Below, one piece after another: positions 1 through 10,705 of a stretch of DNA of 64,000 nucleotides (position 1 is its first letter; each line of letters opens with the position of its first letter). This stretch comes from an uncultured virus (IMG/VR IMGVR_UViG_3300034022_000723) (lineage: Duplodnaviria; Heunggongvirae; Uroviricota; Caudoviricetes): positions 1 to 64,000 of the IMG/VR virus record IMGVR_UViG_3300034022_000723; one strand, 5' to 3'. The notes beneath the pieces were generated by a model. The model was not told where the DNA came from. It saw nothing but the letters and a program-made list of their open reading frames with translations, and did no database searches. Both the position numbers and the translations under genes were made by a program.

Positions 1-520
1 AGTTCAGGTTCTAATGGTACAGATGGTTCATCAGGTTCTAATGGAACAGATGGTTCATCAGGTTCATCAGGTTCTAATGGTACAGACGGATCTTCAGGTT
101 CATCAGGTTCTAATGGAACAGATGGTTCATCAGGTTCATCAGGTTCATCAGGTTCATCAGGTTCTAATGGTACAGATGGTTCTTCAGGTTCATCAGGAAG
201 TAATGGCACCGACGGTTCTTCAGGAACAAGTGGTTCAAATGGTACTGACGGAAGTTCTGGTTCTAACGGAACAGATGGTAGTTCAGGATCAAATGGTACA
301 GATGGTAGTTCAGGAACTAGTGGTTCTAATGGTACGGACGGTAGCTCAGGTTCTAACGGAACAGATGGTAGTTCAGGAACTAGTGGTTCAAACGGAACAG
401 ATGGTAGTTCAGGAACTAGTGGTTCAAACGGAACAGATGGCACTTCAGGTAGTAATGGTACTGATGGTTCTTCAGGAACAAGTGGTTCAAATGGTACAGA
501 TGGTACGTCAGGTACATCAG
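1..520 (+). repeat. Degenerate 9-nt-period coding repeat (Gly-X-Y collagen-like, Ser/Thr/Asn/Asp)
   Basis: Recurring tcaggttctaatggtacagatggt-type units. Confidence 0.9.
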
Positions 521-1341
521 TATCAGTAACAGGTACAAACAACTACATTGGTAAATTTGATTCAACAGGAGCAACAATCACATTAGTAGATTCAAGTATA
601 GTTGATAATGGAACAAATGTAACAGTTAATTCAGATTTAGTTGTAACAGGAAAAACAAATATACAAGGTAATACAAGTGTTACAGGAGCGTTCACAGTTG
701 GTTCAGGTTCATTAACAAGTTTAGGTGGTGATTTATTTGTATCAGGAAACTTACAAGTATTAGGTTCATCAACAAATGTAAGTTTACAATCAAATACAGT
801 AGCAATCGGTGATAATATCATATTAGTAAACGCTTACTCACCATTCCAAAGATACGCAGGTATCAGTGGATATGATTCAGGTTCAGCGGATCAATCAGGT
901 TCATTATTATGGGATTCTCTTAATAACAAATGGTTAACTGTAAACGGTTCAAATAGTTCAAGTAAAATAGTTGGAACAACTGCAGCAACATTAGGAAGTG
1001 AAACAAGTTTAACAAGTGGAACATTCCCAATCGCATCGGCTGATAATACAATTACTGATAGTTTATTAACTTACTCAGGTACAACATTACAATTCAACAC
1101 AGATAAATTCACAGTTGAATCAGCATCAGGAAACACAGTAATAGCGGGTACATTGAAAGTAAGTGGAAATGGTGCAGATGCGGGTACAAACACCTCAACT
1201 GTAACATTCAAAAACTCAACTGATGTATTTGGTGAGATTTCAGCAACATCTTCAAGTGTGGCGGTTACATCAATGTTAGGTTATAAAACATCTGACGGAA
1301 CGTTAACCTTCACCGATACAATAGACGGAGGAACGTTCTAA
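1..1341 (+). CDS. Tail fibre-like protein, 5'-truncated, with (Gly-X-Y)n GSS/GSN/GTD repeats
   Basis: Frame 1 is open from base 1 to TAA at 1339-1341. SSGSNGTDG repeats run to ~520, then beta-strand-like fibre segments similar to 5214..9050 (RYAGISGYDSGS...SGSLLWDSLNN vs RFAGLSVLDSGS...SGSFLFDSLNN). Ends IDGGTF. Confidence 0.8.
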   Translation, partial: SSGSNGTDGSSGSNGTDGSSGSSGSNGTDGSSGSSGSNGTDGSSGSSGSSGSSGSNGTDGSSGSSGSNGTDGSSGTSGSNGTDGSSGSNGTDGSSGSNGTDGSSGTSGSNGTDGSSGSNGTDGSSGTSGSNGTDGSSGTSGSNGTDGTSGSNGTDGSSGTSGSNGTDGTSGTSVSVTGTNNYIGKFDSTGATITLVDSSIVDNGTNVTVNSDLVVTGKTNIQGNTSVTGAFTVGSGSLTSLGGDLFVSGNLQVLGSSTNVSLQSNTVAIGDNIILVNAYSPFQRYAGISGYDSGSADQSGSLLWDSLNNKWLTVNGSNSSSKIVGTTAATLGSETSLTSGTFPIASADNTITDSLLTYSGTTLQFNTDKFTVESASGNTVIAGTLKVSGNGADAGTNTSTVTFKNSTDVFGEISATSSSVAVTSMLGYKTSDGTLTFTDTIDGGTF

Positions 1342-1360
1342 AAGTAGAATAAAAATTAAC

Positions 1361-1390
1361 AAGGAGGACTCAAAAAGTCCTCCTTTTTTT
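1361..1390 (+). terminator. Rho-independent terminator
   Basis: AAGGAGGACT-caaaa-AGTCCTCCTT 10-bp stem followed by a T tract. Confidence 0.85.
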
Positions 1391-1411
1391 ATCCATAAAG
1401 ACAATATAATA

Positions 1412-1419
1412 TATTTATA
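1412..1419 (+). promoter_or_regulatory. TATTTATA motif, putative late/structural-gene promoter
   Basis: Same motif precedes genes at 1426, 3146, 5214, 53109 and (TATTTAT) 63818. Confidence 0.55.
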
Positions 1420-1425
1420 GTTTAT

Positions 1426-3120
1426 ATGGGTATATTATTTAATAAAATTAAGATAGTTCCAAACTCAAATGTAACACCAACTCCTACACCAAGTGTAACT
1501 CCTACAGTTACACCAACAAATACTATTACACCAACTCCTAGTGTTACACCAACGAATACCACAACATCGACACCAACAGTTACACCAACACCTACGGTTA
1601 CACCAACGAGTTCCGTTACGCCAACCAATACAGTTACACCGACACCATCATCAACTCCAAATATAATAACAAATGGATTGGTTATTCAATTAGACGCATA
1701 TAATAATTCAAGTTATCCTGGTACAGGAACAACAGTTTACGATGTAACAAGTGGATATAATCATACATTAATTGGTGCGACTTACACAGTTCTTAATGGT
1801 ATAAAATGTTTTGATTGTACGACAGGGAATAATAGAGTTGATTACAACGCAACAGGACCTACGTTACCAACAACAGGGTACACATATATTACTTGGACAA
1901 GATTGATGACAAGTAATCCTTCATCGTTTAGAACATTACTTTACACAAAAGGATCTACTAAAATCACACCAATTACTATACCTAATGCATCAAACACATT
2001 AGGATATTGGGCAACAGGATTCGTAAGTTCAGGGTATGATGTTTCAGCTTCAAATGGTGTTTGGGTTCAATTTGCGGTAGTTGGAACTAACTCATCTCAA
2101 AAATTCTACATAAATGGTTCACAGGTGGGAAGCACAATCAATGAGGGTTCGGGTGGAAATACACATTGGGGATTGGGTAATAATGATGTTGTTGCTCAAC
2201 CTTGGGGACATGTTGCCAACATGTATTTTTACAACAGACAATTAAATCTTGCTGAAATAACGGAACAATACAATTATTTGGCACCAAGATTTGTGGAACC
2301 AACTCCAACACCTACCGTTACACCTACGCCGACGGTTACGAATACTCCTACACCTACCGTTACACCAACGAACACATCAACTGTTACTCCAACACCTACT
2401 GTAACAACATCGTCAGCAATACAACCTGTGTCAAATTCTTATTTTTATTATGATCCAGGTAATGTTTCAAGTTACGTAAGTGGAACTACATTATATGACT
2501 TATCGGGTAATAATAGAAATGCAACGATAAGTAATAGCCCAACATATACTTCAGGTGTTGGTGGTTATTTCACATTTGATGGTGTAAATGATTATATCAC
2601 AAGTCCAAACTCATATAACGCGGGTAATACTGCACATACACTTGAAATATGGATAAGACCAACTGCGGTTGATGATTGTTTATGGTCAGATACGGGAGAT
2701 CAAACTCCAAATTCGGGTTATCATTATGCGGGTGGTCAAATATTTCAAACCGGGCCAGTTCAATCAATAATTTCTAATATATATAATCAAACTAATGGTG
2801 TTCAAAGAGTGGTTAATGGTGCTGCAACATATCTTAATAATTGGATTCAAGTTGTTAAAACATATAGTGGTACCACATTAACAGGTTATATAAACGGCAC
2901 TGCTGGTACCCCATCTACAATAAATTGGTATCCACCTTGGGTTCAAATTGCAAATTCATGGTATATGCATTTTGGGGCAATAGATACTACAACATATAAT
3001 GCGTCAACTGCCGGTTATTTTGCTGGTCGTTATGGAATAATAAGATTTTATAATAGAGCATTAACATCAACTGAAGTTTTACAAAACTTTAATTCGGATA
3101 AAACAAAATACGGATTATAA
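1426..3120 (+). CDS. Virion adhesin-like protein: Thr-Pro linkers plus two LamG/concanavalin-A-like domains
   Basis: TPTPT runs; two repeats of LDA..SSY.G.GTT.YD.SG / FDGVNDY / YNR.L...E...NY. Confidence 0.75.
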   Translation: MGILFNKIKIVPNSNVTPTPTPSVTPTVTPTNTITPTPSVTPTNTTTSTPTVTPTPTVTPTSSVTPTNTVTPTPSSTPNIITNGLVIQLDAYNNSSYPGTGTTVYDVTSGYNHTLIGATYTVLNGIKCFDCTTGNNRVDYNATGPTLPTTGYTYITWTRLMTSNPSSFRTLLYTKGSTKITPITIPNASNTLGYWATGFVSSGYDVSASNGVWVQFAVVGTNSSQKFYINGSQVGSTINEGSGGNTHWGLGNNDVVAQPWGHVANMYFYNRQLNLAEITEQYNYLAPRFVEPTPTPTVTPTPTVTNTPTPTVTPTNTSTVTPTPTVTTSSAIQPVSNSYFYYDPGNVSSYVSGTTLYDLSGNNRNATISNSPTYTSGVGGYFTFDGVNDYITSPNSYNAGNTAHTLEIWIRPTAVDDCLWSDTGDQTPNSGYHYAGGQIFQTGPVQSIISNIYNQTNGVQRVVNGAATYLNNWIQVVKTYSGTTLTGYINGTAGTPSTINWYPPWVQIANSWYMHFGAIDTTTYNASTAGYFAGRYGIIRFYNRALTSTEVLQNFNSDKTKYGL

Positions 3121-3145
3121 AAAATAAAAGTATTTATATAACATA

Positions 3146-5086
3146 ATGGCAACAACAAGACCCTTCGCATACAACACAGGATCCACCATAGATGGAACAA
3201 CACAAATTGGAAACATCGCAATAGGTGTTTCAGAACAAGATTATTCACAAAATCCAGGTGGGGTTAAATGGTGGATGGGACCTGATGAAGAGTTAGGTTA
3301 TGTTATTGCCAACCAAGTACCAACGGGAAATCATCCAACACCGACAGATGAGGATTCATATATTAATTTCTGGAGATCAACAGATTTAACAGAACAATCT
3401 TTATTAGAGTTATTAAACGTTTTACCAATAACAGATGGTTTAGAACCATTTACAAATGCAACTGATGCTAAAACTTGGTTAAATGATAATGGTCATTTCA
3501 CATCATATGGTGAAGGTGCACCACCTCCAACCCCAACACCAACTATTACACCAACTGCAACAGTCACACCAACTCCAACATCTAGTGAAATAATTCCTGA
3601 TACACCTACACCAACACCTACCAATACTACAACACCAACACCAACTAATACTCCAACAGAAACACCTACGAATACACCAACTCCAACTCCAACTGATTCG
3701 AGTTCAATAACTACATACACAATTTCAGGATGTACTAATCTAAATGTTTTAGTTGTCGATTTAGGACCAGGATTTATAGTTCTTGGAGATGTAAACTATT
3801 ACACATTCACAGGAGCAACACCAAGTGGGTGTTATTCAGTCATTGGTAAGATAAATGCTCCGATAGACGACGCGTTTACCACATCATTTGGAACTGGTGG
3901 ATGTAATGATTGTGAGAGTACTTATATAACTCCAACCCCAACTCCTACGAATACCGAAACTCCTACTCCTACTCCTACAGAAACTGAAGTATTAACACCA
4001 ACTCCTACGAATACCGAAACTCCTACTCCTACTCCAACAAATACACCAACAAATACGGTAACACCAAGTATCACACCAACTAACACACCTACCAATACAC
4101 CAACACCAACAATAACACCGACAGCAACATCAATGACGACTAATGTAATTGTTGCTGCGGGTGCTGTAAACGTATTAAGTTATTCATATGATGGTGGTGA
4201 TAATTGGACAAATTCATCTAATGGTGCCACATTTATAACCCAACCGGCACTTGCCGTTGCAACTGATGGAAATATATTTGTTGCAGGAGGAACTGCAGGT
4301 GGAGGTAATTCAAATGCTTTACTTTGGTCTTCTGATGGAAATACATGGTCGGGATCAACAAATGGTTCATCCATGTTTACAACAAATGTTAGAGGTATAG
4401 GATATGGAGGAGATAAATGGGTTGCGGTCGGTATTTCATCAGGCGCCGCCAAATTTGCATATTCAACAGATGGTATAACTTGGACAGCGGCATCAAATTC
4501 GAATGTAATTGGTAGTGTACCAAATACTGTGGCATATAATGGAAGTAGATGGGTTGCGGTAGGTTCATCACCTGCTGGTGGTACTGGAAATAGAACAACA
4601 ATAGCATATTCAGATGATGGTATATCTTGGACGGCATCCGCAAACAGTGGTACAATATTTACAGGATCATGTAATAATGTAGTTTGGGGTGGTGATAAAT
4701 GGGTTGCAGTTGGTACAGGTGCAAATAGAATCGCATATTCATCAGACGGCATAACATGGACAGGTTCAACAAGTGGAAATAGCAGAATCTCAGGTACTGG
4801 TTATGGTATATCATATAATGGTTCACAATGGGTTGCCGCAGGACAAGGTACAAACGCATTGGCATATTCATCTGATGGTATAACATGGTCGGGATCTACA
4901 AACGGAAACACAATATTCTCATTCTCGGCGTTAAGTGTAACTTGGGCCGGTACTAAATGGGTTGCGGGCGGTGTAGGAGGACCAAATCAATTGGCAACAT
5001 CAACCGACGGTTTAACTTGGTCAGCAACAACAAATGGTAATACCATAATGAACAATAGAGTTAACTCAATAGCCGCAAAATATTAA
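3146..5086 (+). CDS. Virion protein with Thr-Pro linkers and C-terminal Asp-box (BNR-like) repeat domain
   Basis: TPTPT runs; ~7 repeats of AYS.DGITW..S.N / KWVA.G. Confidence 0.7.
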   Translation: MATTRPFAYNTGSTIDGTTQIGNIAIGVSEQDYSQNPGGVKWWMGPDEELGYVIANQVPTGNHPTPTDEDSYINFWRSTDLTEQSLLELLNVLPITDGLEPFTNATDAKTWLNDNGHFTSYGEGAPPPTPTPTITPTATVTPTPTSSEIIPDTPTPTPTNTTTPTPTNTPTETPTNTPTPTPTDSSSITTYTISGCTNLNVLVVDLGPGFIVLGDVNYYTFTGATPSGCYSVIGKINAPIDDAFTTSFGTGGCNDCESTYITPTPTPTNTETPTPTPTETEVLTPTPTNTETPTPTPTNTPTNTVTPSITPTNTPTNTPTPTITPTATSMTTNVIVAAGAVNVLSYSYDGGDNWTNSSNGATFITQPALAVATDGNIFVAGGTAGGGNSNALLWSSDGNTWSGSTNGSSMFTTNVRGIGYGGDKWVAVGISSGAAKFAYSTDGITWTAASNSNVIGSVPNTVAYNGSRWVAVGSSPAGGTGNRTTIAYSDDGISWTASANSGTIFTGSCNNVVWGGDKWVAVGTGANRIAYSSDGITWTGSTSGNSRISGTGYGISYNGSQWVAAGQGTNALAYSSDGITWSGSTNGNTIFSFSALSVTWAGTKWVAGGVGGPNQLATSTDGLTWSATTNGNTIMNNRVNSIAAKY

Positions 5087-5104
5087 CAATAAATAAAAAC
5101 ATTC

Positions 5105-5133
5105 AAGGAGACCGTAAAAAAGTCTCCTTTTTT
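5105..5133 (+). terminator. Rho-independent terminator
   Basis: AAGGAGAC-cgtaaaaaa-GTCTCCTT stem plus T tract; resembles the 1361 terminator. Confidence 0.8.
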
Positions 5134-5213
5134 ATTTATTAAATGTATTTATAATAAGACCTACATAGGTCGTTAACCGTGATATATATCACAAGGATTT
5201 AGAACACATATAT

Positions 5214-8200
5214 ATGAGTCAAATAGTAAAACTACGTAGAAGTTCCACTGGTGGGAATAGGCCTACCAATTCCCAATTACAATTAGGAGAATTAGCAATA
5301 AACACAACCGATGGTAAATTATATTTTGCCAAATCAGGATCATTATCAGCCTCAATAGAGGAAGTTTTAACTACAAATACTCAAAACACAGGTTCATTAA
5401 ATCTAAGTGGAAGTTTCAATTTACTTGGAACAGAAAATATTACGGGTTCATTAAATGTTACAGGTTCTTTAAAAGTTTTAGGTAACACATCATTAACATC
5501 ATTAGTCGTTTCGGGTTCTGACCCTGTTGCAAATGTTCAAGCATTCGTACCTGATAGTTCAGTTTACAATCCTGCAAGTTTCAACACTCCAGATAGAGTT
5601 GCTGCAGGTATTCGTTTTAATTGGAGCGGTGAGAATTGGACGATAGGTGCTGCAAGAGGTGCAACAACCGATGTTGATGGTTTAGTTTTCAGTAGAAATG
5701 GTAACAGACAAATGTTACTTGATGAGAATAATAATTTAGTTCTATCAGGTTCAATTAATTTAACAGGTTCATTTAATATAAACGGAACTGAATATACCTC
5801 AACTACAAGTGGTACATCAGGAAGTAACGGAACCAACGGTTCTTCAGGAACTAGTGGTAGTAATGGTACAAATGGTTCATCAGGATCTTCTGGAACATCA
5901 GGGTCAAATGGAACCAACGGTTCATCAGGAACTTCAGGCTCTAACGGAACGAATGGTTCTTCAGGTTCTAACGGAACTAACGGTTCATCAGGTTCTAATG
6001 GAACAGACGGGTCTTCAGGAACTAGTGGTAGTAATGGAACAAACGGTAGTTCTGGAACTAGTGGGTCTAACGGAACCAACGGTTCATCAGGAACATCAGG
6101 AGATAGTTTATTTGCTTTAACAGGTTCAGTTTGGGAAACCACAAATAACGCAAAAGTAAATGGTGATTTAACAATTACAGGAACACTTACAGCAAAAGAA
6201 ATTCACACAGCATTAGTTACATCTTCGGTATTGTATGAATCAGGTTCTACCGCATTTGGTAATACATTTGACGATAATCACAATTTTACTGGATCAGTAA
6301 AGATTACTGGATCATTATATGTTAATGGTGCAGTTGTGGGTACAGGTAAGTTAGACGAAACGGCATTTAACACATATACAGGTTCAAATACATCTACATT
6401 TGCAGGAACATCATCATTTGCAACATACGCCTTAACCGCCTCATATGTTGAAAATCCATTTATTGTTTCAGGTTCAACAATGAAGACAACAGTTACAGTT
6501 GCGGCAACCACATGGTCATTAAATCATGGTATGAATGAAAGATACCCATCAATTACAGTATTTGATAGTGATGGTTATGTTGTTATACCAACAGGAATTA
6601 GAGCGATAGATTCTAATAATATTGAAGTATATTTTTCAATTGCACAAACAGGTACAGTGATTGCCACATTAGGTGGTGTCGGTGCAACAGGTGCTAGTGG
6701 TATTGGTGGTTATACAGAAACATACACATCGGCAACAACATGGTCTGTTGCTCACAATTTAGACATTGATTATCCAGGTGTAACAGTTTGGGATAGTAAT
6801 AGAAAAGTTATAATCCCAAGTGAGATAACATCAATAGATTCAAACAATTTACAAATAACATTCCCAATTGCACAAGCGGGTGAAGTTCATATAGTTAGAG
6901 GTGGACATCAAGTAGAAGGTGCTCAAGATTTATCTGCTGTTGGGACAATAACACCATCAGCAAATGGTCTATATAATTTAGGTAGTTCATTAAAACAATT
7001 TAATAACGTTTATATTTCAGGTAGTCTATTAGTTAATGGAACACCACTCACAGGTGGATCAAGTACATCAGGTTTAGCAACTACAGGATCAAACACATTT
7101 AAAGGAGACCAAACATTTAGTGGATCATTAATACCTTTTGGTAGTGGGTCATATGATTTAGGTACGGTAACGAATCCGTTTAGACACTTATACTTATCAA
7201 GTGCATCTTTATACATTGACGGACAAAAAGTATTAGGTTCGACAAATCAAGAATTACAGATTACAACCGACAACGGTCAATCAATTAAAATTTTAGAACA
7301 AGGTACAGATACAATTACATTTCAAACAGCGGATGGAGATATCCAATTGAAATCATCTGGCGGAGGTAATATATTAATTGACCCAACGACAGGTTCGGTT
7401 GACATTAGAGGAAATGTTATAGTTCAAGACGGATTTAAAATATTAAGTTCAGGTGGTAATAGTGTTGTTTTTGCTGATGATATTATAGTATCAGGTTCAG
7501 CAAATTTCACAAACGGAATTACTGTTAATGGTACAACATTTAGTTCAATGACATCAGGAACATCAGGTTCTAATGGAACCAACGGTTCTTCGGGGACAAG
7601 TGGAAGTAACGGATCATCAGGGTCTAACGGCACAAACGGAACTAGTGGAACAAATGGTACATCAGGTAGTAATGGAACAAATGGTACATCAGGTAGTAAT
7701 GGAACAAATGGTACATCAGGTAGTAATGGAACAAACGGTAGTTCAGGTTCAAGTGGTTCTAACGGAACAAATGGTAGTTCAGGTTCTAACGGAACAAATG
7801 GTTCTTCAGGAACTTCAGTTACAGTTTCTGGTACTGACAATGTTTTGGGTAAGTTCTCGTCTAACAGTATGGTTAATTCAAACATAACCGATAATGCTTC
7901 ATTAGTTAATATTAATTCAAACACAACAATTACTGGTTCATTAACAATTACACAAAACTTAAATGTTTTAGGGTCATCATCAATAATTTATGTGACAGCG
8001 TCTCAACTAAGAGTAAATGACAATGTCATTACGGTTAACGCTTCATCTCCTGGTGTAAGATTTGCTGGTTTGTCAGTGTTAGATAGTGGTTCATCACCAT
8101 TAGTTTCAGGTTCATTCTTATTTGACTCATTAAACAATCAGTTTGTTTATGTTCACACAAATCAATCAACCGTAACGTCTTCGGTAGTTATGGTAGGTGC

Positions 8201-9050
8201 TCAAACTTACAATAGTTTAGGAAATGAGATTTTACCAACAACTAATAGAGTATTAAAATCATTAGGTCAAGAACATCTTGGTGATAGTAATATTTCAGAT
8301 GACGGTACAACTGTTAAAATTAGTACAAATACAGAAGTTACAGGTTCATTAAGTGTAACAAGTTTAAATATTAACGGAACATCATATACTGCGGCAACAT
8401 CAGGAACTTCAGGTTCTAACGGTACAAATGGTTCTTCAGGAACTAGTGGTAGTAACGGTACAAATGGTAGTTCAGGTTCTAATGGAACTAATGGTAGTTC
8501 AGGTTCATCAGGTTCTAATGGAACGAATGGTACTTCGGGTTCTAACGGAACGAACGGTAGTTCAGGAACAAGTGGTAGTAATGGAACCAACGGTTCATCA
8601 GGTTCTAGTGGTACAACAACAATCACAAATGCGGTAGATAATAGAGTAATGACAAGTGTCGGTGGTGTTACGTTAAATGCGGAAGCGAATTTAACATTTG
8701 ATGGTTCAACATTAACGGTAACAGGTGCAGTATCAACAACCGGTAACTTAACAGTAGGTGGAACATTAACAGAAAACTCATCAGTAAGATATAAGGATAA
8801 CATTGAAACTTTAAAATATGGTTTAGATAATGTTCTTAAAATGAGAGGTGTTTCATACATTAAAAAAGATACAGGTGTTAAAGAGATTGGTTTAATAGCG
8901 GAAGAGTTAAATGAAATTGCACCTGAATTGGTAAATAAAAATGAAGAAGGATTACCTGATTCCGTTTCTTACGGTAGAGTAGTTTCATATTTGATTGAAG
9001 CAATAAAAGATTTAAAGAAAGAAATTGAAGAACTTAAATCAAATAAATAA
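5214..9050 (+). CDS. Long tail fibre protein with three Gly-X-Y repeat blocks and C-terminal peptidase S74 (intramolecular chaperone) domain
   Basis: N-term LRRS...LQLGELAINTTDGKLY; GTSGSNGTNGSS blocks; C-term SSVRYKDNIE..L..LDNV.KMRGVSY...IGLIAEE...PELV...VSY...LIEAIK.L..EIEELK. Confidence 0.85.
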   Translation: MSQIVKLRRSSTGGNRPTNSQLQLGELAINTTDGKLYFAKSGSLSASIEEVLTTNTQNTGSLNLSGSFNLLGTENITGSLNVTGSLKVLGNTSLTSLVVSGSDPVANVQAFVPDSSVYNPASFNTPDRVAAGIRFNWSGENWTIGAARGATTDVDGLVFSRNGNRQMLLDENNNLVLSGSINLTGSFNINGTEYTSTTSGTSGSNGTNGSSGTSGSNGTNGSSGSSGTSGSNGTNGSSGTSGSNGTNGSSGSNGTNGSSGSNGTDGSSGTSGSNGTNGSSGTSGSNGTNGSSGTSGDSLFALTGSVWETTNNAKVNGDLTITGTLTAKEIHTALVTSSVLYESGSTAFGNTFDDNHNFTGSVKITGSLYVNGAVVGTGKLDETAFNTYTGSNTSTFAGTSSFATYALTASYVENPFIVSGSTMKTTVTVAATTWSLNHGMNERYPSITVFDSDGYVVIPTGIRAIDSNNIEVYFSIAQTGTVIATLGGVGATGASGIGGYTETYTSATTWSVAHNLDIDYPGVTVWDSNRKVIIPSEITSIDSNNLQITFPIAQAGEVHIVRGGHQVEGAQDLSAVGTITPSANGLYNLGSSLKQFNNVYISGSLLVNGTPLTGGSSTSGLATTGSNTFKGDQTFSGSLIPFGSGSYDLGTVTNPFRHLYLSSASLYIDGQKVLGSTNQELQITTDNGQSIKILEQGTDTITFQTADGDIQLKSSGGGNILIDPTTGSVDIRGNVIVQDGFKILSSGGNSVVFADDIIVSGSANFTNGITVNGTTFSSMTSGTSGSNGTNGSSGTSGSNGSSGSNGTNGTSGTNGTSGSNGTNGTSGSNGTNGTSGSNGTNGSSGSSGSNGTNGSSGSNGTNGSSGTSVTVSGTDNVLGKFSSNSMVNSNITDNASLVNINSNTTITGSLTITQNLNVLGSSSIIYVTASQLRVNDNVITVNASSPGVRFAGLSVLDSGSSPLVSGSFLFDSLNNQFVYVHTNQSTVTSSVVMVGAQTYNSLGNEILPTTNRVLKSLGQEHLGDSNISDDGTTVKISTNTEVTGSLSVTSLNINGTSYTAATSGTSGSNGTNGSSGTSGSNGTNGSSGSNGTNGSSGSSGSNGTNGTSGSNGTNGSSGTSGSNGTNGSSGSSGTTTITNAVDNRVMTSVGGVTLNAEANLTFDGSTLTVTGAVSTTGNLTVGGTLTENSSVRYKDNIETLKYGLDNVLKMRGVSYIKKDTGVKEIGLIAEELNEIAPELVNKNEEGLPDSVSYGRVVSYLIEAIKDLKKEIEELKSNK

Positions 9051-9520
9051 TGGCGACATTAATAGGTACAACTGCAACAACATACAATGCAACATCTACG
9101 TCAAATGCAAGTAGTACAATTTGTTCTAATCCAATGGCTTTACAACAATGGGGTGGAAATGTTTCTGTAATATCACCATATTATACCGCCACACCATATA
9201 CAGATGTTCTTTGTAATAATAGTAATTGGCAATGGGTAACAGGTTATATTAGTTTTTTATCATATCAAAGTTATAACGGTACTCAAAATGTTTGGTTTGC
9301 ATTATCACAATATGGTTTACAAATTACATCAGGACCAACTAACGACCAACTAATAACATTCTCATATTACCAAGACCCAAGTGATGGTAGTAAAAGTTGG
9401 TTAAGATTTACAAATCAATATAACGTATCGTGGGGAAATGCCACATGTTTAGTTAATATAACATTATTTGCTCCAAATGCTAACGCAATAACGTCACCAA
9501 TTTTAACAAGATACGTATAA
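9050..9520 (+). CDS. Small fibre-associated protein, paralog 1
   Basis: Shares LSQYGL / WLRFTN / ILTR motifs with the next two ORFs; coupled by TAATG. Confidence 0.65.
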   Translation: MATLIGTTATTYNATSTSNASSTICSNPMALQQWGGNVSVISPYYTATPYTDVLCNNSNWQWVTGYISFLSYQSYNGTQNVWFALSQYGLQITSGPTNDQLITFSYYQDPSDGSKSWLRFTNQYNVSWGNATCLVNITLFAPNANAITSPILTRYV

Positions 9521-9987
9521 TGGCAACTTTACAAAATACAACAGTAAATGGTATTTTAACCACATCTACGAGTTTCACATCACCACGTATATTAAATAAT
9601 ACAAGTTATAATCATATGATGAGGGAGTATAGTGGAACAGTCTTTATCCCAACAACGGTTAATAGTGCAACAAATTATGTTGACCTATTTGGTAATACGG
9701 GAGTTCATAATCGTATGTATGGGTTTTGTAGTTGGGTTTGCTATCAATCTCAAATACATTGTGGTAGTTTTTATTGGCAATTATCTGAATATGGTTTTAA
9801 TATACAAACATTAACAAGTACAGGTACGTGGTCTGCCGCTAGACATAATCCATCATATGGGACAAATTATTGTAGATTCTACAATACGATAGGTTCTGAA
9901 TGGGGTAATGGTACATATCTCTTTGTATTAAATGTACAAGGACCCGGTGATTTCACATCATCATATTTAACACAACGAGTAAGATAA
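9520..9987 (+). CDS. Small fibre-associated protein, paralog 2
   Basis: LSEYGF / YCRFYN / YLTQRVR. Confidence 0.65.
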   Translation: MATLQNTTVNGILTTSTSFTSPRILNNTSYNHMMREYSGTVFIPTTVNSATNYVDLFGNTGVHNRMYGFCSWVCYQSQIHCGSFYWQLSEYGFNIQTLTSTGTWSAARHNPSYGTNYCRFYNTIGSEWGNGTYLFVLNVQGPGDFTSSYLTQRVR

Positions 9988-10427
9988 TGGCAAATTTAAT
10001 AGCAACAACATCTTCTGAATTAACTGCAACTTCAATAACATCACCAAAAATGTTAATGAGTAATACATATGGGGCAATGAATGAATGGACAGGAACGGCG
10101 GCGATTAATAATGGTTCTTCCGTTGATTTAATATGTAATGTTAGTGGATACGCAAGAACAATTGGACTTTGTAATTTTTTTAATTTTACAACGGGAACAT
10201 GGAGATATGGAATATTTGAGTTTGATGTATCAAGATATGGATTACAACACACACCAATTTTATCGTGGGGAGATTATTCAGTTTCTCATTATCAAGAAGG
10301 TAATGTTGATAGAAATTGGTTAAGATTTACCAATACATCAGGACAAAATGGATTAACTGTTTATTTTAATATAAGAATATTAAATTCATCGGGATATGAA
10401 TCGTCAATATTAACAAGAGTAAAATAA
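9987..10427 (+). CDS. Small fibre-associated protein, paralog 3
   Basis: VSRYGL / WLRFTN / ILTRVK. Confidence 0.65.
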   Translation: MANLIATTSSELTATSITSPKMLMSNTYGAMNEWTGTAAINNGSSVDLICNVSGYARTIGLCNFFNFTTGTWRYGIFEFDVSRYGLQHTPILSWGDYSVSHYQEGNVDRNWLRFTNTSGQNGLTVYFNIRILNSSGYESSILTRVK

Positions 10428-10436
10428 TTATATAAT

Positions 10437-10703
10437 ATGATACACGAATTAGATAAAGGAGAACCATTATTAAGTCCAGTTGATGGAACACCACTTACAG
10501 AAGACCAAAGATATGGTTTCTATGTTGGTTTAGCAGAACATTACTCAACACAATATCAAAGAGATAGACAACAAATATACCCATCATTAGGTAATCAATT
10601 AGATATGTTGTGGCATGAATTAAATGTGAGTGGAAGTTTAACAAGTAATGGTGAATGGTTTAATAAAATAAAAGAGGTTAAAGAAAACAATCCAAAACCT
10701 TAA
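10437..10703 (+). CDS. Small phage protein, tail fibre assembly chaperone-like
   Basis: YQRDR..YPSLGNQLDMLWH...W..KIKEVKE.NPKP pattern typical of small proteins next to phage fibre genes. Confidence 0.55.
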   Translation: MIHELDKGEPLLSPVDGTPLTEDQRYGFYVGLAEHYSTQYQRDRQQIYPSLGNQLDMLWHELNVSGSLTSNGEWFNKIKEVKENNPKP

Positions 10704-10705
10704 TA

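Noticed and set aside
14..529. ORF MVQMVHQVLM... and similar ORFs at 5809, 7573, 8428 and on the reverse strand at 5564, 7424, 8267
   Set aside because: Shadow frames of the Gly-X-Y repeats; the true frame is the fibre protein
3131..3138. TATTTATA as a T4 late promoter (reverse complement of TATAAATA)
   Set aside because: In T4 orientation it would point away from the genes; kept only as a motif of this phage
1..8612. Repeat arrays as possible CRISPR
   Set aside because: In-frame degenerate coding repeats with no unique spacers and no cas genes
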